Source of the DNA: Acidimicrobiales bacterium
Lineage (GTDB): Bacteria; Actinomycetota; Acidimicrobiia; Acidimicrobiales; Bog-793
Direction: 5' to 3'
Assembly: GCA_035533595.1 (NCBI GenBank)
Contig: DATLTN010000032.1
Coordinates: forward strand, 184-64,183
Length of the DNA: 64,000 nucleotides
The position numbers were made by a program, and so were the translations under genes. Below the pieces are notes generated by a model that made no database searches, was not told the origin of the DNA, and was given only the letters and a program-made list of their open reading frames with translations. This document shows, in pieces, positions 1-8,678 of this stretch (within the stretch, counting starts at the first letter, position 1; the number at the start of each line of letters is the position of its first letter).

Positions 1-7
1 GGAGCAC

Positions 8-150
8 GGCTTCTCAATAGCGTCGGTGATCGCTGGAGAAGCCAGCAGAGATAGGCACGTCCCGTTCCGAAGGAAGGGTGACTGGCCCGGCTTGCAACGA
101 ACAAGTCGGAACCGCCCGTCACTCCGAACCGGGACGGCCGTGCCACCCCT
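8..150 (+). ncRNA. candidate IS110 bridge/seek RNA
   Basis: Stems: 8-15 with 36-43; 54-58 with 140-144; 59-64 with 130-135; 76-82 with 118-124; 87-94 with 102-109. Lies directly upstream of an IS110 transposase. Confidence 0.45.
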
Positions 151-170
151 CACCGCTTAAGGAAGAAGGG

Positions 171-1253
171 ATGGCCATGACCATCGTAGAAGCCGCGCCC
201 GCGATCACCGGTGGCGTCGACACCCACCTCGACACTCACGTTGCAGCAGCACTCGACTCGCTCGGAGGCCTGCTCGGCACCGCCTCGTTCGAGGTGACTC
301 CCGCCGGTTACCGGGCGCTCCTCGACTGGCTCGAAGGCTTCGGCGAGCTCCGAAAGGTCGGCGTCGAGGGCACGGGCTCCTATGGCACCGGCCTCGCGCG
401 CTATCTCCGGAGCCGCGGCGTCGAGGTGATCGAGGTCGACCGGCCGAACCGCGCTGAGCGCCGGCGGTCGGGAAAGTCAGACCCCCTCGACGCGACCGAG
501 GCCGCGCGCGCAGCCCTCGGCGGCCGGGCGAAGGGTCTCGCGAAGTCCAAGGACGGCGCTGTCGAGGCGCTCCGGGTGCTGCTCGTCGCCAAGCGGTCGG
601 CTCGCCAGGCGCGGGTGAAGGCGATCACCCAGATGCGCCACCTCGGGATCACCGCTCCTGACGAGCTCCGCGAGCGCCTGCATGGTCTCACAGCAAAAGC
701 CCTTGTCAGCGAGGCATCGGGGATGCGCCCCGGGCGCTCCGTCGACGTCGTCACTAAGGCAACGAAGACCTCGCTCACCTCGCCCGCCCACCGGGTGCAG
801 GCCCTAGACGAGGAGATCGCCGAACTCGAGACGATGATCGAGCACCTCGTCGCAGAGACCGCACCGGAGCTCCTCGAGCGTTTCGGAATCGGCCCCGACA
901 CTGCCGCGTCACTCCTCGTCGCGGCCGGCGACAATCCCGAGCGCCTCCGCTCAGAGGCCGCCTGGGCACGTCTCTGCGGCGCGGCGCCGATCCCCGCCTC
1001 ATCCGGCAAGACGAGCGGTCGCCACCGCCTCGACAACGGCGGCGACCGTCAGGCGAACTCGGCGCTTTGGCGAATCGTCATGGTCCGCATCGCGCACGAC
1101 CCGCGCACCACCGCCTACTTCGAACGCCGAGTGAAGGACGGCCTCTCTAAGCGCGACGCGATCCGCCATCCTGAAGCGCTACGTCGCCCGCGAGGTGTAT
1201 CGCTACCTGCCTCGCGGCTAGCACCGCGGTCGTGGGCCTGGCTCTCCCCATAA
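171..1253 (+). CDS. IS110-family transposase/recombinase; +1 frameshift near 1166 (corrected stop would be TAG at 1219-1221)
   Basis: GVDTH, VEGTGSYG and KSDPLDA (DEDD) motifs; PIPASSGKT (catalytic Ser region); GGDRQANSAL; RBS-like GGAAGAAGGG before ATG 171. Confidence 0.92.
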   Translation: MAMTIVEAAPAITGGVDTHLDTHVAAALDSLGGLLGTASFEVTPAGYRALLDWLEGFGELRKVGVEGTGSYGTGLARYLRSRGVEVIEVDRPNRAERRRSGKSDPLDATEAARAALGGRAKGLAKSKDGAVEALRVLLVAKRSARQARVKAITQMRHLGITAPDELRERLHGLTAKALVSEASGMRPGRSVDVVTKATKTSLTSPAHRVQALDEEIAELETMIEHLVAETAPELLERFGIGPDTAASLLVAAGDNPERLRSEAAWARLCGAAPIPASSGKTSGRHRLDNGGDRQANSALWRIVMVRIAHDPRTTAYFERRVKDGLSKRDAIRHPEALRRPRGVSLPASRLAPRSWAWLSP

Positions 1254-1453
1254 CTGTCGCCCTACGGGCTGACTTTCCAGCGACGTCGCCGACCCACGAC
1301 CCGGACTCTCAGACCTCGGAACGCGTGGCTTGATAAGAGCATGCCCTCGGAAGCGAGTGGCTCTTCATTGTTCTGCCCGCACTTCGACCACAGGCCTTGA
1401 CAACTGATAAGAGCGTCGCCGGCTCGGAGTCACGCCGTCAGCGGCGCAGGCGA

Positions 1454-2593
1454 TCAGGGGATCGGATTCAGGAACTCGCCGATCGAGGCTGCCGCGGCCA
1501 CCTGCATTGGCTGGAGCACATGGCTGTAGCGGTCGAGGGTGATCTGGGTCGAGGCATGGCCGTGTCGCTCCGCCACGACTTTGGGGTGCACTCCCGCAAG
1601 GAGCGCGATGGTCGCCGATGTATGGCGAAGGTCGTGAAGCGTGATCTCGGGAAGTCCCGCCTTGCGCTGCAGCCCGTGGAGCATCCGCGTCAGCCGCGCC
1701 GGATGGAACGGCTCCCCGACCTCGTCGACGAAGACGTAGCCCACCGGGCGACCGTCAGCCCGGAGGTCCGCCTCCGCCTCCATCCGCTCTCGATGATCGG
1801 TCAGGGCACCGACGGCTCTTTCGTCGAGCACGAGCATGCGGCGACCGGCCTTCGTCTTCGGCCCGGACTCGACGACGCGGCTACCAGCAAGGGAACGGGA
1901 GGCGCGGACCCAAAGTTGGGCAGGCGTCGCCTCCAAGTCGACGTCTTGCCACTGCAACCCGGCGAGCTCCGCGCGCCGCAGCCCCGCGGAGATGGCGAGG
2001 TACCACAGGGCACCGAGGCGGCCACCCTTCGCCACCTCGAGGAATCGCCGGGTCTGCTCCGGGCTGTAGATGGTTCGCTCCGCAGTGTCATCCCGTGGCC
2101 GCTCGACGGCGTCCGCGGGGTTAAGCGCGAGGTAGCCCATCCGGCAGGCGTAGGCGAGCACGTTGTGGAGCACGCGATGGATGTTGCGGACGTGGGTGCC
2201 CGAGAGCGGCCGGGCGTCCCGACCGCCCGAGGCGCGGAGCTCGACGTAGAGGTGCTGGATGCGCGGGGCCGTCAAACGGTCCAGGCGGAGCGAGCCGATC
2301 CTCGGGATCAGGTAGGCATCCACCAGCATCTCGTAGTTGGCGATCGTCGTCGCCTTGCGGTCGGAGCCGATCACGGACAGCCATTCCCGAGCGAGATCCT
2401 CAAAAGTGACCGTCGGCGCATACCGGAGACGCTGCTGGGAGACCGCGACGGTCGCCTCGGCGAGGGCATTGCGCGCGTCGCGCTCGGTGCGGAACCCGCT
2501 CACCCGACGTTGCCGGCGCTTCCCATCGGGGCCAGTCGGAAGGTCAAAGCGGTAGTACCACCCGCTCCCACGCTTGCCCACGTTCTCGGCCAT
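1454..2593 (-). CDS. tyrosine recombinase / phage-ICE integrase with N-terminal arm-binding domain
   Basis: N-terminal WYYRFDL...RRVSGFRTERDA; GLRRAEL, HDLRHT, RHGH and RYSHV catalytic motifs; ATG at 2593 preferred over the track start 2626. Confidence 0.93.
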   Translation of the reverse strand: MAENVGKRGSGWYYRFDLPTGPDGKRRQRRVSGFRTERDARNALAEATVAVSQQRLRYAPTVTFEDLAREWLSVIGSDRKATTIANYEMLVDAYLIPRIGSLRLDRLTAPRIQHLYVELRASGGRDARPLSGTHVRNIHRVLHNVLAYACRMGYLALNPADAVERPRDDTAERTIYSPEQTRRFLEVAKGGRLGALWYLAISAGLRRAELAGLQWQDVDLEATPAQLWVRASRSLAGSRVVESGPKTKAGRRMLVLDERAVGALTDHRERMEAEADLRADGRPVGYVFVDEVGEPFHPARLTRMLHGLQRKAGLPEITLHDLRHTSATIALLAGVHPKVVAERHGHASTQITLDRYSHVLQPMQVAAAASIGEFLNPIP

Positions 2594-2610
2594 GGCACCG
2601 ACGCTCCGTC

Positions 2611-2657
2611 GTGTCCACTTGGACACGGAGCGAATTCCGTGTCCAAATCTGTGTCCA
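2611..2657. promoter_or_regulatory. putative integrase arm-type binding sites (GTGTCCA x3 plus one inverted copy)
   Basis: GTGTCCA at 2611-2617, 2639-2645 and 2651-2657; TGGACAC at 2620-2626; located between integrase start and tRNA end. Confidence 0.55.
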
Positions 2658-2724
2658 CCCTATCAGGGAGCTATCGCTCGGGATGCCCGGCCGGACTTTC
2701 ATGGCCCTGACCAGCAGATTTGGC

Positions 2725-2811
2725 TGGTGTCGGAGGGGGGACTTGAACCCCCACGAGATTTCTCTCACTAGCCCCTCAAGCTAGCGCGTCTGCCTATTCC
2801 GCCACTCCGAC
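2725..2811 (-). tRNA. tRNA-Leu (anticodon GAG), CCA encoded
   Basis: Reverse complement: GTCGGAG/CTCCGAC acceptor stem, GCTAGC-TTGAGGG-GCTAGT anticodon arm, long variable arm, GGTTCAAGTCC T-loop, ACCA end. Confidence 0.97.
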
Positions 2812-2974
2812 GTGGGCTCCCGCCATGGGGAGCAGAGTGAGATTACTCGCTCCCCGCGAGCTAGCGGCCGGCGGTTGAGCAGGCCTTCCGCGGCACCCGC
2901 GCGAGGCGGCAGGGGCAGTCCGGAAATGCGATCCTGGTCCCCCGCCACGAGGCGGGCGCCGGACGGGAGCCGAG

Positions 2975-3685
2975 ATGACCGAGCATGACCTCCTCGCAGT
3001 ACTGGGATGGTGCCGGGAGGGGGAGCGGGAGCTGCTCGAGCGCGCGCTGCAGCCCGTCGATCTCGGGGAGCCAAGCGCGTTGCCGGGGTGGAGCCGGGCG
3101 CACCTCGTGGCCCATCTCGCCCGCAACGCGGACGCCCTCGTCAACCTCGTGAACTGGGCCGCGACCGGTGTGGTGACCCCGATGTACCCCTCGACCGAGG
3201 CTCGCGGCGCCCAGATCGAGGCCGACGTGCCCCAGTCGCCGGGCTGGCTGCGCGAGCGCCTCTCCTCGAGCAGCGCCAACCTCCTCGAGCGCCTCGCCGA
3301 CCTCCCCCCCGATGGCTGGCAGGCCGAGGTCGGCACCGCGCAGGGGCGGACCGTTCCCGCCTCGGAGATCCCCTGGATGCGGACGCGCGAGAGCTTCATC
3401 CACCTCGTCGACCTGCGCCTCGACTTCGACTTCGGGGACATCCCCGACGCAGTGACCGACGCGCTGCTCGACGACGTGACCGCGAGCCTGGGGGCGCGCG
3501 ACGAGTGCCCCGCCGCCCTCCTCGAGCCGACCGACCGCGAGCGCTCGTGGAGCCTCGGCACCCCCGGCGCAGCGAGCCCCGTGCTGCGCGCCCCGGCAGC
3601 GGAGCTGCTCGCCTGGGTCACCGGCCGCGCCGCAGCGGACTCGCCTGCACTCACGACCGCCCCCGAGCTGCCCCGCTGGCTCTGA
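2975..3685 (+). CDS. mycothiol-dependent maleylpyruvate isomerase family (MDMPI)
   Basis: WSRAHLVAHLARNADAL, TPMYPS and RESFIHLVDL metal-binding His motifs. Confidence 0.85.
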   Translation: MTEHDLLAVLGWCREGERELLERALQPVDLGEPSALPGWSRAHLVAHLARNADALVNLVNWAATGVVTPMYPSTEARGAQIEADVPQSPGWLRERLSSSSANLLERLADLPPDGWQAEVGTAQGRTVPASEIPWMRTRESFIHLVDLRLDFDFGDIPDAVTDALLDDVTASLGARDECPAALLEPTDRERSWSLGTPGAASPVLRAPAAELLAWVTGRAAADSPALTTAPELPRWL

Positions 3686-3695
3686 GCGGCGGCGG

Positions 3696-4850
3696 ATGAA
3701 CGACCACAGCGAGCTCCTCGTCGTCGGGGGCGGCATCGGCGGCCTCACGACCGCGCTCGCCGCACTGCACGCCGGCCGCTCGGTGCGCGTCCTCGAGCAG
3801 GCCGCCTCCTACGGTGAGATCGGCGCGGGCATACAGCTCGCCCCGAACGCGACCCGCATCCTCGACCGACTCGGCCTGCTGCCGGCGATGGAGGCGGTCG
3901 GCGTCCTCCCGCGCCGCCTCGTGCTCGGCGACGCGCTCACCGCCACCGAGCTCACCCATCTCCCCCTCGGCGACTTCCGCGAGCGCTACGGCGCCCCCTA
4001 CGTCGTGCTGCACCGCCGCGACCTCCTCGACCTGCTCCTCGAGGCCTGCCGCGCGGCGGGCGGCGCCCTCGAGACGGGGGCGCGGGTCGTCGACGTCGAG
4101 GACGACGGCCGGCGGGTCGCCGCTACCGCCGCCGACGGCCGCCGCTGGTCCGGCGGGGTGCTCGTCGCCGCTGACGGCCTGCACTCGACGCTGCGCTCGC
4201 GCTTCAGCGACGACGAGCCGATCGCCTCCGGCTTCGTCGCCTACCGGGGGACGGTGCCGACCGCGCACATCGAGCGGCGGGCGGACCTCGGAGACGTGGT
4301 CGCCTGGATCGGCCCCGGCCTGCACCTCGTGCAGTACCCGCTGCGCGCCGGTGAGCTCTACAACCAGGTGGCGGTCTTCCGCAGCCCTGCCTTCGCCGCC
4401 GGGAGCGCCGAGTGGGGCACCCCCGAGGAGCTCGACTCGGCCTTCTCCCCTGTGCACGGCCACCTCCGCGAGGCGACCCAGCTGCTCGGGCGCGAGCTGC
4501 GCTGGCCGATGCACGACCGCCTCCCGATCGGACGCTTCGCCGAGGGAAGATTCGCCCTCCTCGGCGACGCCGCCCACCCCATGCTGCAGTACCTCGCGCA
4601 GGGCGCCTGCCAGGCGATCGAGGACGCCGCCTGCCTCGTGGGCGCACTCGGGCGCCACGACGGGCCCGCCGCCGCCCTCGCCGCGTACGAGGCCGAGCGG
4701 GCGCCGCGCACCGCCCGTGTGCAGCGCAACGCCCGCGCCTGGGGAGAGTTCTGGCACGTCGGCGGGGCCGACAAGACCGCCCGCGACGCGCTGCTGCGGG
4801 CGCGTGACCCGGCCGACCACAGCCGCGTCAGCTGGCTCTACGGCTCCTAG
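3696..4850 (+). CDS. FAD-dependent monooxygenase, 3-hydroxybenzoate 6-hydroxylase/salicylate hydroxylase family
   Basis: GGGIGG, GAGIQLAPNA, DG motif (AADGLHS), LLGDAAHPMLQYLAQGACQAIED. Confidence 0.88.
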   Translation: MNDHSELLVVGGGIGGLTTALAALHAGRSVRVLEQAASYGEIGAGIQLAPNATRILDRLGLLPAMEAVGVLPRRLVLGDALTATELTHLPLGDFRERYGAPYVVLHRRDLLDLLLEACRAAGGALETGARVVDVEDDGRRVAATAADGRRWSGGVLVAADGLHSTLRSRFSDDEPIASGFVAYRGTVPTAHIERRADLGDVVAWIGPGLHLVQYPLRAGELYNQVAVFRSPAFAAGSAEWGTPEELDSAFSPVHGHLREATQLLGRELRWPMHDRLPIGRFAEGRFALLGDAAHPMLQYLAQGACQAIEDAACLVGALGRHDGPAAALAAYEAERAPRTARVQRNARAWGEFWHVGGADKTARDALLRARDPADHSRVSWLYGS

Positions 4851-4920
4851 CGGCGGAGCGCCCACCTTCGCCCCGTGCTTGGCTGTCGGCACCTGCCGCC
4901 GACGAACGAGGAGCGACGCG

Positions 4921-5619
4921 ATGGCCGCCGACCTACCCACCGACCCCCGCGCCGCTGTCGCGCGCGCCTGCCACGTGCTCGGCGACATCGGCCAGGGGGA
5001 CATGGTCTGGGGCCACGTGTCGCTACGCGACGAGCAGGGCCGTGGCGTGTGGATGAAGGCACACGCCTTCGGCTTCAACGAGATCGACGAGGACAAGGTC
5101 CTCCTCGTCTCCTTCGACGGCGAGGTGCTCGAGGGCGAGGGCCGGCGGCACATCGAGTACCCGATCCACACCGAGATCATGAGGGCACGCCCCGACGTGC
5201 GCTGTGTCGTGCACACCCACTCCGTCGGCGCGGTCGCCTTCGCCGCGACCGGCGACGATCTGCGGCCGATCTCCCACGACGCCTGCTACTTCGTGCCTCC
5301 CGCGCTCGCCCGCTTCACCGAGACCGGGGACCTCATCTCGACGCGCGAGCTCGGCGAGCACCTCGCGGCGGCGATCGGCGACCGCAACGCGCTGCTGATC
5401 CCGAACCACGGCATCGCGGTCGCCGGCGCCAGCGTGCCGCACGCGATCATGGGGGCGGTGCTGCTCGACCGCGCCTGCCGCACGCAGCTGCTCGCGGGCG
5501 AGGTGCGGCACTGGTCGCCCGACGACGAGGCGCTCGCGAAGCGCGCCAGCGTCTGGTCCGACGACGGCCTCGACCTCGGCTGGAACTTCCTCACCCGCCA
5601 GGCCGAAGCCCACCGCTGA
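4921..5619 (+). CDS. class II aldolase/adducin family protein
   Basis: GHVS, EYPIHTEIMRARPDVRCVVHTH and NHG motifs; ATG at 4921. Confidence 0.88.
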   Translation: MAADLPTDPRAAVARACHVLGDIGQGDMVWGHVSLRDEQGRGVWMKAHAFGFNEIDEDKVLLVSFDGEVLEGEGRRHIEYPIHTEIMRARPDVRCVVHTHSVGAVAFAATGDDLRPISHDACYFVPPALARFTETGDLISTRELGEHLAAAIGDRNALLIPNHGIAVAGASVPHAIMGAVLLDRACRTQLLAGEVRHWSPDDEALAKRASVWSDDGLDLGWNFLTRQAEAHR

Positions 5620-5654
5620 GGGGGAGGACGTCCCTGGGGCTCGTGAGAGGGCGC

Positions 5655-7586
5655 TCAGCTCGCCGGCATCGTGGTCGTCGTCGGCGGCGGGTTGGTCTGG
5701 ATCGCCCAGTTCTGGGCATCCCACATCGGCCCCGCTGGGCTCGGCGCGGCGCTCACCCCGACGAGGTCGCTCGCGGTGACGAGGGTGAGCGGCACCTCGA
5801 ACAGCGGCACTGTCGGCAGCGCCGCCCACAGCGCGGTGTCGATCTCGTTGTAGAGGCCGGAGCCGGCGCTCTGGTTGAGCTCCCCGGAGGCCTCGGCGAA
5901 GAGCGCCGCGATCTCGGGGTCGCGGTAGCCGAGCACATCGCGGGTCACCGAGCCGGAGACGACCGAGGCGGGCTCGCCGCCGTCCGCCCGCACGGTGAAG
6001 ACCGGGACCGCGGCCGTCGCCCCCGTGGCCCCGGTCGCACCGACGGTCGGGCCGGCGGCGCCGGTCACCCCGCCCGCCGCCTGCAATGCAGAGGGGGTCG
6101 GGCCGACGGGCTGGGTGTAGAGCGCGGCGGCCGTCGAGGGGTAGGGGGAGAGCAGGTAGGGCGCGATCGCCATCTGATAGCGGCCGCGCGGCAGCACTGT
6201 GCCGAGCAGCTCCTCCTCGCTCACGTTGCGGATCGCGAGGTGGATCCCGGCCTGCAGGAGCTCGGCCTGCAGCTGCTGCTCGACCGAGGCGGCGACGGCG
6301 TCGCCGGTCGGCCCCGAGAGGGTGAGGGTGAGCGGCGTCCCGGTCGGGCCGCGCACCACCCCGTCGGCATCGACCTGGTAGCCCACCGACGTGAGCAGCG
6401 AGTCGGCGGCGTCGAGGTCGACCGACTGGTAGGTGCCGTCGTTCGCCGTGCTCCCGGGCGCGCCCGAGAGGTAGAGGCGGTTGCCGTTCACCCCGCCCTC
6501 GGCGGTCGAGAGACCGATCGTGTTGGTGAAGAGCTGGTGGCGGTCGATCGACTCCGCGATCGCCTGGCGGACTGCGGGCACGAGCTGCGGGTCGTCGAGG
6601 TTGAAGACGAGCTGCTCGAGGGTCGGCGAGAGGGCGGGCTGCTCGGTGAGGTCGGTGCTCGTCTCGACGAGCGAGTCGATCGCCGGGCTCGGCGGGACCT
6701 CGGCGACCTGCACCCTCCCCCGCGCCAGCGCGTCGAGGGTGGCGCCGACGGAGGGCTCGACGAGGAAGGTGATGCGCCCGAGGCGCGCCGGCGGACCCCA
6801 GTAGTGCGGGTTGCGCACGAGGGCGAGCGCGACCGGCCTCGAGCCGCGGTAGGTCTCGCGCGCGATCTCGTAGGGGCCGCCCGAGACGAGGGTCGCCGGC
6901 ACGGGGCGGGTGACCGTGCCGCGCTGCTTGGTGGCCCGCGGCGGCGAGGTCGCGAAGGCCGCCGTCCAGCCGTGCACGGCGGCGACGTGCGCCGGCACGA
7001 GGGGTGAGAAGAGCGCCGGCCAGTCGGCGTCGCGGGCGGAGAAGGTGACCTCGAAGGTCGTCGCCGCTGGTGGCGAGATCGAGCTGATCTCCTGGTAGCC
7101 GAGGGTGGGGTTGGTCGCCGGCAGGGTGGGGCCGACCGTCAGCTCCTGCTGCCACTCGTAGATGAAGTCCGAGGAGGTGATCGGCGCGCCGTCCGACCAC
7201 TTGGCTCCCGGGTCGATCGTGTACCTCACGACGAAGGGCTGCACGCTCTGCACCTCGGCGCCGACGGTGGAGAGCAGCGAGTCACAGGCGGGGCCGCCGG
7301 TCGGGCAGGTCGTCGGGGGGAGGCGGTTGCCGGTGACGTAGGTCTGCGGCCAGACCTCGGCCATCACCATCGCGGTGACCGAGTTCGCGCCCTGCGGGGT
7401 AAGGGGGTTGAACTCGCGGGGCAGGCGGGGGACGGCGACGGTCACGGTGCCGCTCGTCCTGTAGGTGACGACCCCCGAGATGGTGGTGGTCGTGCTCGAA
7501 GGCGCCGGGCCGGCGGCGGCGGTGCAGCCGAGGAGCGCGATCCCCGCGAGGAGGAGGAGTAGCGGCCGGCCGAGCCTCAGCCCCAA
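5655..7586 (-). CDS. ABC transporter family-5 (peptide/nickel type) substrate-binding lipoprotein
   Basis: Lipobox-like LLGC; WSDGAPITSSDF, GGPYEI and RQAIAESIDR motifs; start codon uncertain. Confidence 0.8.
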   Translation of the reverse strand: MGLRLGRPLLLLLAGIALLGCTAAAGPAPSSTTTTISGVVTYRTSGTVTVAVPRLPREFNPLTPQGANSVTAMVMAEVWPQTYVTGNRLPPTTCPTGGPACDSLLSTVGAEVQSVQPFVVRYTIDPGAKWSDGAPITSSDFIYEWQQELTVGPTLPATNPTLGYQEISSISPPAATTFEVTFSARDADWPALFSPLVPAHVAAVHGWTAAFATSPPRATKQRGTVTRPVPATLVSGGPYEIARETYRGSRPVALALVRNPHYWGPPARLGRITFLVEPSVGATLDALARGRVQVAEVPPSPAIDSLVETSTDLTEQPALSPTLEQLVFNLDDPQLVPAVRQAIAESIDRHQLFTNTIGLSTAEGGVNGNRLYLSGAPGSTANDGTYQSVDLDAADSLLTSVGYQVDADGVVRGPTGTPLTLTLSGPTGDAVAASVEQQLQAELLQAGIHLAIRNVSEEELLGTVLPRGRYQMAIAPYLLSPYPSTAAALYTQPVGPTPSALQAAGGVTGAAGPTVGATGATGATAAVPVFTVRADGGEPASVVSGSVTRDVLGYRDPEIAALFAEASGELNQSAGSGLYNEIDTALWAALPTVPLFEVPLTLVTASDLVGVSAAPSPAGPMWDAQNWAIQTNPPPTTTTMPAS

Positions 7587-7807
7587 CGAAGGTCGATGAC
7601 GATCGTCGCGAAGGCGAAGATCACCGCCACCGCGATCGTGATCCGGTCGAGGTTCTTCTCGGCGACGGTCGAGCCTGCGGCGGCCGATCCGACGCTCGAG
7701 CCGAACATGTCCGAGAGGCCGCTGCCGCGCCCGGAGTGGAGGAGGATCAGCAGGATGAGGGCGAGGGAGGCCAAGACCTCGACCCCGACCACGACATCAG
7801 TGAGCAC
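7577..7807 (-). CDS. secG: preprotein translocase subunit SecG
   Basis: LLHSGRGSGLSDMFG...EKNLDRIT; two TM helices; downstream of tpiA. Confidence 0.95.
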   Translation of the reverse strand: MLTDVVVGVEVLASLALILLILLHSGRGSGLSDMFGSSVGSAAAGSTVAEKNLDRITIAVAVIFAFATIVIDLRWG

Positions 7808-7897
7808 GTGCTCCGTCCCTTTCCGAGCCGGTTACCGGAAAGCGCAGGTTAGCCGCGGATGCGGCCGCGGCCCCCGGCGCGCGCCGCGGCTGCAGCC

Positions 7898-8674
7898 TCA
7901 GCCGGCGGCGGAGACGATGGCGTGGAACTTCGCGGCGTCGAGGCTGGCGCCGCCGACGAGGGCGCCGTCGACGTTCGCGCAGGCGAGCAGGTCGGCTGCG
8001 TTCTCCGGCGTCACCGACCCCCCGTACTGGACGCGCGCCGTGGCGGCGACCGCGCCGCCGAGGCGGGTGAGCTCGTCGCGGATCGTCCCGCACATCTCCT
8101 CGGCGTCGTCGGGGGTCGCGACCACGCCGGTGCCGATCGCCCAGATCGGCTCGTAGGCGACGACGACGCGGGCGATCTCCTCGCCCTTGCGGCGGCCGAG
8201 GGCGGCCTCGAGCTGCCCGGCGACCTTGGCGAGGGCCATGCCCTCGGCGCGCTCCTCGCCGCTCTCGCCGACGCAGAGGATCGGCACCATCCCCGCTTTC
8301 AGGATCGCGTCGAGCTTCATGCAGACGATCTCGTCGCTCTCCCCGAAGTACTGGCGGCGCTCGGAGTGGCCGGCGATCACGTAGGCGACGTTGAGCTTGG
8401 CGAGCATCTCGGGGCTCACCTCGCCGGTGTAGGCCCCCCGCTCCTCGAAGTGGCAGTTCTGCGCGCCGAGCGCGACCGGGAGGTGGTCGGTCTCGACGGC
8501 GGTCTGCACGCTACGCAGCGAGGTGAAGGGCGGGTGCAGGCTCACCTCGACCCCCTGGGGCGCAGGCTTGGCGCGCAGCAGCGCGGCGAGCTCCTGGATC
8601 AGCTTCAGCGCCTCGAAGTGGTTCTCGTGCATCTTCCAGTTGCCCGAGACGAGGACGGGGCGCTCCCCCACCAC
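7898..8674 (-). CDS. tpiA: triosephosphate isomerase
   Basis: GNWKM, GAYTGEVS, GHSERR, YEPIWAIGTG, YGGSV, LVGGASL; GTG start just after the pgk stop. Confidence 0.97.
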   Translation of the reverse strand: MVGERPVLVSGNWKMHENHFEALKLIQELAALLRAKPAPQGVEVSLHPPFTSLRSVQTAVETDHLPVALGAQNCHFEERGAYTGEVSPEMLAKLNVAYVIAGHSERRQYFGESDEIVCMKLDAILKAGMVPILCVGESGEERAEGMALAKVAGQLEAALGRRKGEEIARVVVAYEPIWAIGTGVVATPDDAEEMCGTIRDELTRLGGAVAATARVQYGGSVTPENAADLLACANVDGALVGGASLDAAKFHAIVSAAG

Positions 8675-8678
8675 GGCC

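Larger units (their letters stand above)
1..1417 (+). mobile_element. IS110-family insertion sequence (left end may start at or before window start)
   Basis: DEDD-type transposase gene, about 170 nt of structured non-coding 5' end, no terminal inverted repeats, and a right-end-like motif TTGACAactgataagagcgtc at 1397-1417. Confidence 0.75.
1..2724. mobile_element. end of an integrative element (prophage/ICE/island) inserted at the tRNA-Leu(GAG) 3' end; continues left of the window
   Basis: Integrase lies directly downstream of the tRNA 3' end, with repeated heptamers in between. Confidence 0.7.

Noticed and set aside
1397-2710. 437-aa plus-strand ORF
   Set aside because: Antisense shadow of the integrase; no recognisable motifs
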